From: Escherichia phage JEP6
Sequence record: MT764206.1
DNA: 64,000 bases
Reading direction: 5' to 3' (one strand)
In this document: piece after piece, positions 1 to 14,313 of the stretch
How positions within the stretch are numbered: position 1 is the first letter of the stretch
Layout: each line of letters starts with the position of its first letter
Notes under the pieces: model-generated
The model's input: only the letters and a program-made list of their open reading frames with translations
Databases searched by the model: none
What the model was told of the DNA's origin: nothing
Program-made: the position numbers and the translations under genes

Positions 1-3334
<3,334 letters not shown>

Positions 3335-3362
3335 TATTAAAGCATATTAAAGAGGATTAAAA

Positions 3363-5342
3363 ATGACTTTATTATCTCCGGGCATTGAGCTCAAAGAAAC
3401 TACGGTTCAAAGCACCGTGGTTAATAACTCTACTGGTACAGCAGCTTTGGCCGGTAAATTCCAGTGGGGTCCTGCTTTTCAGATTAAACAGGTTACAAAT
3501 GAAGTAGATTTAGTTAATACTTTTGGTCAACCAACCGCTGAAACTGCTGACTATTTTATGTCTGCGATGAATTTCTTGCAGTACGGAAATGACTTACGAG
3601 TAGTTCGTGCTGTTGATAGAGATACCGCTAAAAACTCATCTCCGATTGCCGGTAATATTGAATACACAATTTCTACCCCAGGTAGTAACTACGCAGTTGG
3701 AGATAAAATCACGGTCAAATATGTTTCAGATGCTATTGAAACTGAAGGTAAAATTACCGAAGTAGACGCAGATGGAAAAATTAAGAAAATTAATATTCCT
3801 ACTGCAAAAATTATTGCTAAAGCTAAAGAAGTTGGCGAATACCCAACATTAGGTTCTAACTGGACTGCGGAAATTTCTTCATCTTCCTCTGGTTTAGCTG
3901 CAGTAATAACTCTTGGAAAAATTATTACTGATTCTGGTATTTTATTAGCTGAAATTGAAAATGCTGAAGCTGCTATGACAGAGGCTGGCTTTCAAGCAAA
4001 TCTTGAAAAATATGGAATTCCAGGAGTAGTAGCTCTCTATCCAGGCGAATTAGGCGATAAAATTGAAATTGAAATCGTATCTAAAGCTGACTATGCGAAA
4101 GGCGCTTCTGCATTACTGCCAATTTATCCAGGTGGTGGTACTCGCGCATCTACTGCCAAGGCAGTATTTGGATATGGACCACAAACTGATTCACAGTACG
4201 CTATTATAGTTCGTCGCAATGATGCTATTGTTCAAAGTGTTGTTCTTTCAACTAAGCGTGGTGAAAAAGATATTTACGATAGTAACATCTATATCGATGA
4301 CTTTTTCGCAAAAGGTGGTTCAGAATATATTTTTGCAACTGCACAAAACTGGCCAGAAGGCTTCTCTGGAATTTTAACTCTGTCTGGTGGATTATCATCA
4401 AATGCTGAAGTATCAGCAGGAGATTTGATGGAAGCTTGGGACTTCTTTGCTGACCGTGAATCCGTTGATGTTCAACTGTTTATTGCAGGTTCTTGTGCCG
4501 GTGAATCTTTAGAAACAGCATCTACTGTCCAAAAACACGTCGTTTCAATTGGGGATGCTCGCCAAGATTGCTTAGTATTGTGCTCTCCTCCACGTGAAAC
4601 TGTAGTTGGAATTCCTGTAACTCGTGCAGTAGATAATTTAGTTGACTGGAGAACTGCGGCAGGTTCATACACTGATAATAACTTTAATATCAGTTCAACC
4701 TATGCAGCAATTGATGGTAACTACAAGTATCAGTATGACAAATATAATGATGTGAATCGTTGGGTTCCATTAGCAGCTGATATTGCTGGTTTATGCGCAA
4801 GAACTGATAACGTATCTCAGACTTGGATGTCTCCAGCTGGTTATAATCGTGGTCAGATTCTTAACGTTATTAAACTTGCTATTGAAACTCGCCAGGCTCA
4901 GCGCGACCGTTTATACCAAGAAGCTATCAACCCAGTAACTGGTACAGGTGGCGATGGTTATGTATTGTATGGTGATAAAACAGCTACTTCTGTTCCTTCT
5001 CCATTTGATCGTATTAACGTTCGTCGTCTGTTTAATATGTTGAAAACGAATATCGGACGTAGTTCAAAATATCGTTTGTTCGAATTAAACAACGCGTTTA
5101 CTCGTTCATCATTCCGCACAGAAACTGCCCAGTACTTGCAGGGAATTAAAGCTCTCGGTGGAATTTATGAATATCGTGTAGTTTGCGATACAACAAATAA
5201 TACTCCGTCAGTAATTGATAGAAATGAGTTTGTTGCAACATTCTACATCCAACCGGCGCGCAGTATAAATTATATCCAACTTAATTTCGTCGCAACTGCC
5301 ACTGGTGCAGATTTCGATGAGTTAACTGGTCTTGCTGGTTAA
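3363..5342 (+). CDS. 18: Tail sheath protein gp18 (659 aa)
   Basis: Length and sequence match T4 gp18; preceded by late promoter. Confidence 0.95.
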   Translation: MTLLSPGIELKETTVQSTVVNNSTGTAALAGKFQWGPAFQIKQVTNEVDLVNTFGQPTAETADYFMSAMNFLQYGNDLRVVRAVDRDTAKNSSPIAGNIEYTISTPGSNYAVGDKITVKYVSDAIETEGKITEVDADGKIKKINIPTAKIIAKAKEVGEYPTLGSNWTAEISSSSSGLAAVITLGKIITDSGILLAEIENAEAAMTEAGFQANLEKYGIPGVVALYPGELGDKIEIEIVSKADYAKGASALLPIYPGGGTRASTAKAVFGYGPQTDSQYAIIVRRNDAIVQSVVLSTKRGEKDIYDSNIYIDDFFAKGGSEYIFATAQNWPEGFSGILTLSGGLSSNAEVSAGDLMEAWDFFADRESVDVQLFIAGSCAGESLETASTVQKHVVSIGDARQDCLVLCSPPRETVVGIPVTRAVDNLVDWRTAAGSYTDNNFNISSTYAAIDGNYKYQYDKYNDVNRWVPLAADIAGLCARTDNVSQTWMSPAGYNRGQILNVIKLAIETRQAQRDRLYQEAINPVTGTGGDGYVLYGDKTATSVPSPFDRINVRRLFNMLKTNIGRSSKYRLFELNNAFTRSSFRTETAQYLQGIKALGGIYEYRVVCDTTNNTPSVIDRNEFVATFYIQPARSINYIQLNFVATATGADFDELTGLAG

Positions 5343-5377
5343 TACGATGCATTCTAAAGGCCTGTTTCGGCAGGCCA

Positions 5378-5385
5378 TATAAATA
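5378..5385 (+). promoter_or_regulatory. Late promoter TATAAATA (distal) upstream of gene 19
   Basis: Exact consensus, follows hairpin 5359-5376. Confidence 0.65.
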
Positions 5386-5436
5386 CACTATATCCTTAAT
5401 TCTTTAATTCTATATGCCCTAGGTTAAACATAGGGA

Positions 5437-5444
5437 TATAAATA
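5437..5444 (+). promoter_or_regulatory. Late promoter TATAAATA (proximal) upstream of gene 19
   Basis: Exact consensus 15 nt before the gene 19 ATG. Confidence 0.7.
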
Positions 5445-5458
5445 CTACAGAGGCTAAT

Positions 5459-5950
5459 ATGTTTGTAGATGATGTAACACGAGCGTTTGAATCTGGTGAT
5501 TTTGCTCGACCTAACTTATTCCAAGTAGAAATTTCTTATCTTGGACAAAATTTTACGTTTCAATGTAAAGCCACTGCTTTACCAGCTGGTATTGTAGAAA
5601 AAATTCCAGTCGGATTTATGAACCGTAAAATTAACGTAGCAGGCGATCGTACATTCGATGACTGGACTGTTACAGTAATGAACGATGAAGCTCATGATGC
5701 TCGCCAGAAGTTCGTTGATTGGCAAAGCATTGCTGCGGGACAAGGAAACGAAATTACTGGTGGAAAACCTGCAGAGTATAAAAAGAGCGCTATCGTTCGT
5801 CAATATGCTCGTGACGCTAAAACAGTAACAAAAGAAATTGAAATTAAAGGTCTGTGGCCTACTAACGTGGGTGAACTTCAATTAGATTGGGATTCAAACA
5901 ATGAAATCCAAACATTTGAAGTAACTCTTGCTCTCGATTATTGGGAATAA
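5459..5950 (+). CDS. 19: Tail tube protein gp19 (163 aa)
   Basis: Length/sequence match T4 gp19. Confidence 0.95.
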   Translation: MFVDDVTRAFESGDFARPNLFQVEISYLGQNFTFQCKATALPAGIVEKIPVGFMNRKINVAGDRTFDDWTVTVMNDEAHDARQKFVDWQSIAAGQGNEITGGKPAEYKKSAIVRQYARDAKTVTKEIEIKGLWPTNVGELQLDWDSNNEIQTFEVTLALDYWE

Positions 5951-5982
5951 AATGAATGGGGAGAAATCCCCATCCTGCTTAA

Positions 5983-7607
<1,625 letters not shown>

Positions 7608-7608
<1 letters not shown>

Positions 7609-7847
7609 TGGAAGGTTTAATTGAAGCTATTAAATCAAACGACCTCGTAGCCGCTCGTAAATTATTTGCTGAAGCCATGGCTGCAAGAACGATTGATTTA
7701 ATTAAAGAAGAAAAAATCGCTATCGCTCGTAATTTCTTAATCGAAGGTGAAGAACCTGAAGACGAGGATGATGACGAAGACGAAGATAGTGATGATAAAG
7801 ACGACAAAAAAGACAAAGACTCTGACGAAGACGAGGATGATGAATAA
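7608..7847 (+). CDS. 67: Prohead core protein gp67 (acidic C-terminal tail)
   Basis: 79-aa ORF with poly-Asp/Glu tail, position between 20 and 68. Confidence 0.85.
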
Positions 7848-8272
7848 TGCTTCTGATCCCTGAAACTCATGAATTAGTTCTCGAGAATGTCGAAGCACTT
7901 ATTCCTGAAGCACAGGGTCGCTTTGACGAATTGTCTTCTGCTTTAAATAAAGACGATATAAATACAGTTGTCGAGAATATGCTTGATGATGAAACTGATT
8001 TAGCGGTTGCATTAGCTTCTATTAATGAAAATATGCCGTTAAATGAATTTATCGTTAAACATGTTTCCGCCCGTGGTGAAATTACTCGCACTAAAGATCG
8101 CAAAACCCGCGAACGAAATGCATTTCAAACCACTGGGCTGTCTAAAGCAAAACGTAGACAAATTGCTCGTAAAGCTACCAAAACGAAGATTGCCAATCCA
8201 GCAGGTCAATCTCGTGCTCAGCGTAAGCGTAAAAAAGCTCTTAAACGCCGTAAAGCATTAGGATTAAGCTAA
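7847..8272 (+). CDS. 68: Prohead core protein gp68
   Basis: 141 aa, T4 position and size. Confidence 0.85.
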   Translation: MLLIPETHELVLENVEALIPEAQGRFDELSSALNKDDINTVVENMLDDETDLAVALASINENMPLNEFIVKHVSARGEITRTKDRKTRERNAFQTTGLSKAKRRQIARKATKTKIANPAGQSRAQRKRKKALKRRKALGLS

Positions 8273-8910
8273 TGAATGAACCCCAATTACTAATTGAAAC
8301 TTGGGGTCAACCTGGCGAAATTATTGATGGCGTACCAATGCTTGAATCTCATGATGGAAAAGACTTAGGTTTAAAACCGGGTTTATACATCGAAGGAATA
8401 TTCATGCAAGCGGAAGTTGTCAATAGAAATAAACGTCTTTATCCAAAACGTATATTAGAAAAAGCGGTAAAAGACTATATTAATGAGCAAGTTTTAACTA
8501 AACAAGCTCTCGGAGAATTAAATCATCCTCCACGCGCTAATGTTGACCCGATGCAAGCCGCTATCATTATAGAAGATATGTGGTGGAAAGGAAATGACGT
8601 ATACGGACGAGCTCGTGTTATTGAAGGTGACCATGGTCCTGGAGATAAATTAGCAGCTAATATTCGTGCCGGATGGATTCCAGGAGTTTCTTCTCGTGGA
8701 TTAGGTTCATTGACTGACACAAATAAAGGTTATCGTATCGTAAACGAAGGATTCAAATTAACTGTAGGTGTTGATGCAGTATGGGGTCCAAGTGCTCCAG
8801 ATGCATGGGTAACTCCTAAGGAAATTACCGAATCACAGACGGCGGAAGCCGATACAAGTGCCGATGACGCCTATATGGCTCTCGCAGAGGCCATGAAAAA
8901 AGCGTTATAA
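8272..8910 (+). CDS. 21: Prohead core scaffold protease gp21
   Basis: 212 aa, T4 gp21-like. Confidence 0.93.
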   Translation: MNEPQLLIETWGQPGEIIDGVPMLESHDGKDLGLKPGLYIEGIFMQAEVVNRNKRLYPKRILEKAVKDYINEQVLTKQALGELNHPPRANVDPMQAAIIIEDMWWKGNDVYGRARVIEGDHGPGDKLAANIRAGWIPGVSSRGLGSLTDTNKGYRIVNEGFKLTVGVDAVWGPSAPDAWVTPKEITESQTAEADTSADDAYMALAEAMKKAL

Positions 8911-8913
8911 ATA
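8906..8913 (+). promoter_or_regulatory. Late promoter TATAAATA upstream of gene 22
   Basis: Exact consensus. Confidence 0.7.
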
Positions 8914-8940
8914 TTATTATCTAAACAACAGGACTACAAA

Positions 8941-9750
8941 ATGCTTAAAGAACAACTGATTGCTGAAGCGCAAAAAATTGATGCTTCCGTTGCTCTTGAT
9001 AGTATTTTCGAATCAGTTAATATTTCTCCGGAAGCAAAAGAAACTTTCGGCACTGTATTCGAAGCTACCGTCAAGCAGCACGCCGTTAAATTAGCTGAAT
9101 CTCATATCGCTAAAATTGCTGAAAAAGCAGAAGAAGAAGTAGAAAAAAATAAAGAAGAAGCCGAAGAAAAAGCTGAGAAGAAAATCGCTGAGCAAGCTTC
9201 TAAATTCATTGACCATCTTGCAAAAGAATGGCTCGCTGAAAATAAATTAGCAGTTGATAAAGGCATCAAAGCCGAACTGTTTGAATCCATGCTTGGTGGA
9301 TTAAAAGAGCTCTTTGTTGAACACAACGTTGTTGTTCCAGAAGAATCAGTTGATATTGTAGCTGAAATGGAAGAAGAGCTGCAAGAACATAAAGAAGAAT
9401 CAGCTCGTCTGTTCGAAGAACTCAATAAGCGTGACGCATATATCAATTATGTGCAGCGTGAAGTGGCATTGAGCGAAAGTACTAAAGATCTGACTGAGTC
9501 TCAAAAAGAAAAAGTCTCTGCTCTGGTCGAAGGTATGGATTATTCAGATGCATTCTCAAGTAAATTGAGTGCAATCGTAGAAATGGTGAAGAAATCTAAT
9601 AAAGATGAAAGCACTATTACTGAGAGTATAAATACTCCTGATACTGAAGCAGCCGGACTGAATTTCGTCACTGAAGCTGTAGAAGATAAAGCTGCACAGG
9701 GTGCAGAAGATATTGTAAGTGTATATGCGAAAGTCGCATCTCGTTTCTAA
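8941..9750 (+). CDS. 22: Prohead core scaffold protein gp22
   Basis: 269 aa, coiled-coil rich, T4 gp22-like. Confidence 0.9.
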   Translation: MLKEQLIAEAQKIDASVALDSIFESVNISPEAKETFGTVFEATVKQHAVKLAESHIAKIAEKAEEEVEKNKEEAEEKAEKKIAEQASKFIDHLAKEWLAENKLAVDKGIKAELFESMLGGLKELFVEHNVVVPEESVDIVAEMEEELQEHKEESARLFEELNKRDAYINYVQREVALSESTKDLTESQKEKVSALVEGMDYSDAFSSKLSAIVEMVKKSNKDESTITESINTPDTEAAGLNFVTEAVEDKAAQGAEDIVSVYAKVASRF

Positions 9751-9768
9751 TTTTAAAGGTTAACACAA

Positions 9769-11334
9769 ATGACTATCAAAACTAAAGCTGAACTTTTGAA
9801 CAAATGGAAGCCATTACTGGAAGGTGAAGGTTTACCGGAAATTGCTAATAGCAAACAAGCGATTATCGCTAAAATCTTTGAAAACCAGGAAAAAGATTTC
9901 CAGACAGCTCCGGAATATAAAGACGAAAAAATTGCTCAGGCATTCGGTTCTTTCTTAACAGAAGCTGAAATCGGTGGTGACCACGGTTACGACGCTACTA
10001 ACATCGCTGCTGGTCAGACTTCTGGCGCAGTAACTCAGATTGGCCCAGCTGTTATGGGTATGGTACGTCGTGCTATTCCTAACCTGATTGCTTTCGATAT
10101 TTGCGGTGTTCAGCCGATGAACAGCCCGACTGGCCAGGTATTCGCACTGCGCGCAGTATATGGTAAAGACCCAATCGCTGCTGATGCTAAAGAAGCATTC
10201 CACCCAATGTATGGTCCAGATGCAATGTTCTCTGGTCAGGGTGCTGCTAAGAAATTCCCAGCTCTGGCTGCTAACACACAAACCAAAGTAGGTGATATCT
10301 ATACTCACTTCTTCCAGGAAACTGGTACTGTATATCTGCAAGCTTCTGCTCAAGTAACAATTAGTTCTACTGCAACTGATGCAGCTAAATTAGATGCTGA
10401 AATTAAGAAACAAATGGAAGCTGGTGTACTGGTAGAAATCGCTGAAGGTATGGCTACTTCTATCGCTGAACTTCAGGAAGGTTTCAACGGTTCTACCGAT
10501 AACCCATGGAATGAAATGGGCTTCCGTATCGATAAACAAGTTATCGAAGCTAAATCTCGCCAGCTGAAAGCTGCTTACTCTATCGAATTAGCACAAGACC
10601 TCCGCGCTGTTCACGGTATGGATGCTGATGCTGAACTGTCTGGTATTCTGGCTACAGAAATCATGCTGGAAATCAACCGTGAAGTTGTTGATTGGATTAA
10701 CTACTCAGCTCAGGTTGGTAAATCTGGTATGACCCTGACTCCGGGTTCTAAAGCTGGTGTATTCGACTTCCAGGATCCAATTGATATTCGTGGTGCTCGC
10801 TGGGCAGGTGAATCCTTTAAAGCTCTGTTGTTCCAGATTGACAAAGAAGCAGTTGAAATTGCTCGTCAGACTGGTCGTGGTGAAGGTAACTTCATTATCG
10901 CTTCCCGTAACGTAGTTAACGTTCTGGCTTCAGTTGATACCGGCATTTCTTATGCTGCACAGGGTCTGGCTACCGGCTTTAACACTGATACTACCAAGTC
11001 AGTATTTGCTGGTGTTCTGGGTGGTAAATACCGTGTATATATCGACCAGTATGCTAAACAGGATTACTTCACTGTAGGTTATAAAGGTCCGAACGAAATG
11101 GATGCTGGTATTTACTATGCTCCATATGTAGCTCTGACTCCACTGCGTGGTTCTGATCCGAAGAACTTCCAACCAGTAATGGGATTCAAAACTCGTTACG
11201 GTATCGGTATCAACCCATTTGCAGAATCCGCTGCTCAGGCTCCGGCTTCTCGCATCCAGAGCGGTATGCCTTCTATTCTGAATAGCCTTGGTAAAAACGC
11301 TTACTTCCGCCGTGTATATGTTAAAGGTATCTAA
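9769..11334 (+). CDS. 23: Major capsid protein gp23
   Basis: 521 aa, T4 gp23-like; high-expression codon usage. Confidence 0.97.
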   Translation: MTIKTKAELLNKWKPLLEGEGLPEIANSKQAIIAKIFENQEKDFQTAPEYKDEKIAQAFGSFLTEAEIGGDHGYDATNIAAGQTSGAVTQIGPAVMGMVRRAIPNLIAFDICGVQPMNSPTGQVFALRAVYGKDPIAADAKEAFHPMYGPDAMFSGQGAAKKFPALAANTQTKVGDIYTHFFQETGTVYLQASAQVTISSTATDAAKLDAEIKKQMEAGVLVEIAEGMATSIAELQEGFNGSTDNPWNEMGFRIDKQVIEAKSRQLKAAYSIELAQDLRAVHGMDADAELSGILATEIMLEINREVVDWINYSAQVGKSGMTLTPGSKAGVFDFQDPIDIRGARWAGESFKALLFQIDKEAVEIARQTGRGEGNFIIASRNVVNVLASVDTGISYAAQGLATGFNTDTTKSVFAGVLGGKYRVYIDQYAKQDYFTVGYKGPNEMDAGIYYAPYVALTPLRGSDPKNFQPVMGFKTRYGIGINPFAESAAQAPASRIQSGMPSILNSLGKNAYFRRVYVKGI

Positions 11335-11349
11335 TCTTTGACGATTTAA

Positions 11350-11380
11350 GGGACCTTCGGGTCCCTTTAGTTGTTTTTAT
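11350..11380 (+). terminator. Rho-independent terminator after gene 23
   Basis: GGGACC-TTCG-GGTCCC hairpin + T-run. Confidence 0.8.
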
Positions 11381-11382
11381 GG

Positions 11383-11390
11383 TATAAATA
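11383..11390 (+). promoter_or_regulatory. Late promoter TATAAATA upstream of gene 24
   Basis: Exact consensus downstream of gene 23 terminator. Confidence 0.7.
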
Positions 11391-11417
11391 AATCATATAA
11401 ACTGAAAGGAAAGCGCA

Positions 11418-12701
11418 ATGGCTAAAATCAACGAACTTCTGCGCGAATCAACCACAACGAATAGCAACTCAATCGGTCGCCCAAATCTCGTTGCTTTGAC
11501 TCGCGCTACCACTAAATTAATATATTCTGACATTGTAGCAACGCAAAGAACTAATCAACCTGTTGCTGCTTTTTACGGTATCAAATACCTTAACCCAGAT
11601 AACGAATTTACATTTAAAACTGGTGCTACTTACGCTGGCGAAGCTGGGTACGTAGACCGAGAACAAATCACAGAATTAACAGAAGAGTCTAAATTAACTC
11701 TCAATAAAGGCGATTTATTCAAATATAATAATATCGTTTATAAAGTGTTAGAAGATACACCATTTGCAGATATTCAAGAAAGCGACTTAGAGTTAGCTCT
11801 TCAGATTGCAATCGTTCTTTTAAAGGTTCGTCTATTTTCTGACGCAGCGTCAACAAGCAAATTTGAAAGCTCTGATAGTGAAATTGCGGATGCTAGATTC
11901 CAGATTAATAAATGGCAAACCGCAGTTAAATCTCGTAAACTTAAAACTGGTATCACAGTTGAATTAGCACAAGATTTAGAAGCAAATGGATTCGATGCTC
12001 CTAATTTCTTGGAAGATTTGCTTGCAACTGAAATGGCAGATGAAATCAATAAAGATATTCTGCAGTCTTTGATTACAGTGTCAAAACGCTATAAAGTTAC
12101 AGGAATTACTGATACTGGATTCATCGATTTGAGTTATGCATCTGCTCCTGAAGCTGGTCGTTCATTATACCGAATGGTATGTGAAATGGTTTCGCATATC
12201 CAAAAAGAATCAACTTATACAGCAACGTTCTGTGTTGCTTCTGCTCGTGCCGCTGCGATTCTTGCTGCATCAGGTTGGTTAAAACATAAACCAGAAGATG
12301 ACAAATATCTTTCACAAAATGCCTATGGGTTCTTAGCTAATGGTTTACCGCTTTATTGCGATACTAACAGCCCATTAGATTATGTAATCGTTGGCGTAGT
12401 AGAAAATATTGGTGAAAAAGAAATTGTTGGATCAATTTTCTATGCTCCGTATACAGAAGGTCTTGACTTAGATGACCCTGAACATGTAGGTGCATTTAAA
12501 GTTGTAGTTGATCCAGAAAGCTTACAACCATCTATCGGTTTATTGGTTAGATATGCTTTATCTGCAAATCCTTACACTGTAGCAAAAGATGAAAAAGAAG
12601 CAAGAATAATTGATGGTGGAGACATGGATAAAATGGCGGGTCGTTCAGATTTGTCTGTTTTATTAGGTGTTAAGCTACCAAAAATTATTGTTGATGAATA
12701 A
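11418..12701 (+). CDS. 24: Capsid vertex protein gp24
   Basis: 427 aa, T4 gp24-like. Confidence 0.95.
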   Translation: MAKINELLRESTTTNSNSIGRPNLVALTRATTKLIYSDIVATQRTNQPVAAFYGIKYLNPDNEFTFKTGATYAGEAGYVDREQITELTEESKLTLNKGDLFKYNNIVYKVLEDTPFADIQESDLELALQIAIVLLKVRLFSDAASTSKFESSDSEIADARFQINKWQTAVKSRKLKTGITVELAQDLEANGFDAPNFLEDLLATEMADEINKDILQSLITVSKRYKVTGITDTGFIDLSYASAPEAGRSLYRMVCEMVSHIQKESTYTATFCVASARAAAILAASGWLKHKPEDDKYLSQNAYGFLANGLPLYCDTNSPLDYVIVGVVENIGEKEIVGSIFYAPYTEGLDLDDPEHVGAFKVVVDPESLQPSIGLLVRYALSANPYTVAKDEKEARIIDGGDMDKMAGRSDLSVLLGVKLPKIIVDE

Positions 12702-12707
12702 AACAAA

Positions 12708-12729
12708 GGGACCTTTCGGTCCCTTTTTA
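12708..12729. terminator. Bidirectional terminator between gene 24 and rnlB
   Basis: GGGACC-TTTC-GGTCCC hairpin flanked by A-run and T-run. Confidence 0.8.
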
Positions 12730-12730
12730 T

Positions 12731-13735
12731 TTAGCTCACCAACTCAATCCAAGCTGGACGAAGTACATCTTGCACCATTTTAACTAATTCCTTTTTAATC
12801 AAAGAAGGATTATCCGCTTGAGTTAGAGTAATACCTTCACGAGAAGTTTCTTCCAAAATATCTTGAACAGTTAGTCCCATCACCTTTCCAAAATCTTTTG
12901 GACCAATTTCGCCAATTTTAGAAATAACGTTATTTACTCGGTTCAGTGTAACGTAACAAGCTAAAATCCCCACCAATTTGTTATCAGCTTCTGACAGTTC
13001 AACTTTAACTTTAATAGGCTTATCAGACTTTTTCTTTTCACTAAATTTGGAATTCTTGCATTTGATGGCTACACGATTTCCATTATGAAGCCAAGAAGGA
13101 TAACAAGGTTTCAATACATAACCTTCAGCGGTAAATACTTCGCCTTTGGCTTCGGCATTCCAGACGCATTTATTTGCATCAACTAATCCAGCATGGTCTA
13201 CTGTAAAATTATAATCTTGAACGACAGAATCTAAATCGTTTGGCAATTTGATAAGCTCTTCAAATTTACCGCGACCTAAAAGTGGAGCCATTTTAAATTT
13301 AAATGTATTACAGAATGATTCCATCATATAATCATCGACATAAGTCACATCACCACTTTCGGTAGTAACAATAATGTCAAATACATAAAAATCTTTATCA
13401 CCATAATCAACATTCTTCTGAATGCCAGGTCCAGCGAATTCGCCGAAGACTTGATAAGATACAACTGCCGAAGTTTCCATAATATCTTGTACTGCTTTAA
13501 TGGAATCAGCGTAATTCTTTAGAATAATTTCATACCCAAAGAAATCTTCAGCAGGAAGAATCGGTCCAGTACGTTTAGCACAAGTTGCTTTATCGCGCTC
13601 AATAATCAACGAGAAATTTGTACCATGAATCTTTTCACGAGCTACCCATTCGCCACCAGTCAATCCTAAACTGTAAAGTTTTTCAATAAATTTAGAATTG
13701 TAATGATTTTCAAGACTGCTATACTTTTTAAACAT
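12731..13735 (-). CDS. rnlB: RNA ligase 2 (Rnl2)
   Basis: 334 aa; lysine nucleotidyltransferase motif region (KIHGTN); T4 Rnl2-like. Confidence 0.93.
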   Translation of the reverse strand: MFKKYSSLENHYNSKFIEKLYSLGLTGGEWVAREKIHGTNFSLIIERDKATCAKRTGPILPAEDFFGYEIILKNYADSIKAVQDIMETSAVVSYQVFGEFAGPGIQKNVDYGDKDFYVFDIIVTTESGDVTYVDDYMMESFCNTFKFKMAPLLGRGKFEELIKLPNDLDSVVQDYNFTVDHAGLVDANKCVWNAEAKGEVFTAEGYVLKPCYPSWLHNGNRVAIKCKNSKFSEKKKSDKPIKVKVELSEADNKLVGILACYVTLNRVNNVISKIGEIGPKDFGKVMGLTVQDILEETSREGITLTQADNPSLIKKELVKMVQDVLRPAWIELVS

Positions 13736-13744
13736 AATTAATCC

Positions 13745-14023
13745 TCAAAATGTAATTTCTAACCAATCACCATCACGCTGGTCACTATTGACTTTAAAGC
13801 TAAATCCTTCTTTTCTCAGCCAATCACCAATTTCTTCAGTAATCAATTTATCACGAGCAGTACAATAATAATTAAAATGTGTTTTACCTTGTTCAGCTGC
13901 TTTATTAGCAAGTTCCGAAAAATCTTTAATAAAACACTCTAGCTTAAACTGTTTACTTTTTAATGCTTTTTCGCGTAGTTGATTAGCAAAAGATTCATTT
14001 TCATAAAGATCATACTGTTCCAT
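13745..14023 (-). CDS. Hypothetical protein (T4 24.2 position)
   Basis: 92-aa ORF, coupled to neighbours. Confidence 0.6.
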   Translation of the reverse strand: MEQYDLYENESFANQLREKALKSKQFKLECFIKDFSELANKAAEQGKTHFNYYCTARDKLITEEIGDWLRKEGFSFKVNSDQRDGDWLEITF

Positions 14024-14225
14024 TTTTCACCTTTTTATTGATATGTCTTTTTCTATAGACAACTTTTTCTCGAGTTTCAAATTTATTCTTAGCAGTCATA
14101 GCTCGAGCCCATAATACAGCCACTTCTTTCGCCTGTAAGTTCAATTCACGAGCAATTTCAATGAATGACTTTCCAGACTCATGGAGTGTAAACACCACAA
14201 CCTCAGTTCTCATAATCAATCTCAT
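14010..14225 (-). CDS. Small putative HTH DNA-binding protein (T4 24.3 position)
   Basis: 71-aa ORF. Confidence 0.55.
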   Translation of the reverse strand: MRLIMRTEVVVFTLHESGKSFIEIARELNLQAKEVAVLWARAMTAKNKFETREKVVYRKRHINKKVKNGTV

Positions 14226-14293
14226 GTTATCGAGTTGGTGCCATTATATACATCATTTTCTGATTGTGTTTGTGTGCTTTCAAAATGAAGAAA

Positions 14294-14307
14294 GGGGCCG
14301 AAGCCCC
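14294..14307 (-). terminator. Hairpin terminator downstream of hoc
   Basis: GGGGC-CGAA-GCCCC. Confidence 0.65.
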
Positions 14308-14313
14308 TTATGA

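Noticed and set aside
7957-7964. TATAAATA inside the gene 68 coding sequence
   Set aside because: Matches the late promoter consensus but lies mid-gene in an AT-rich genome; could be a chance 8-mer or a minor internal promoter for gene 21, not supportable from sequence alone
9102-10353. Minus-strand ORFs (114 aa and 132 aa) inside genes 22 and 23
   Set aside because: Antisense to strongly supported structural genes, low-complexity translations, no promoter or RBS
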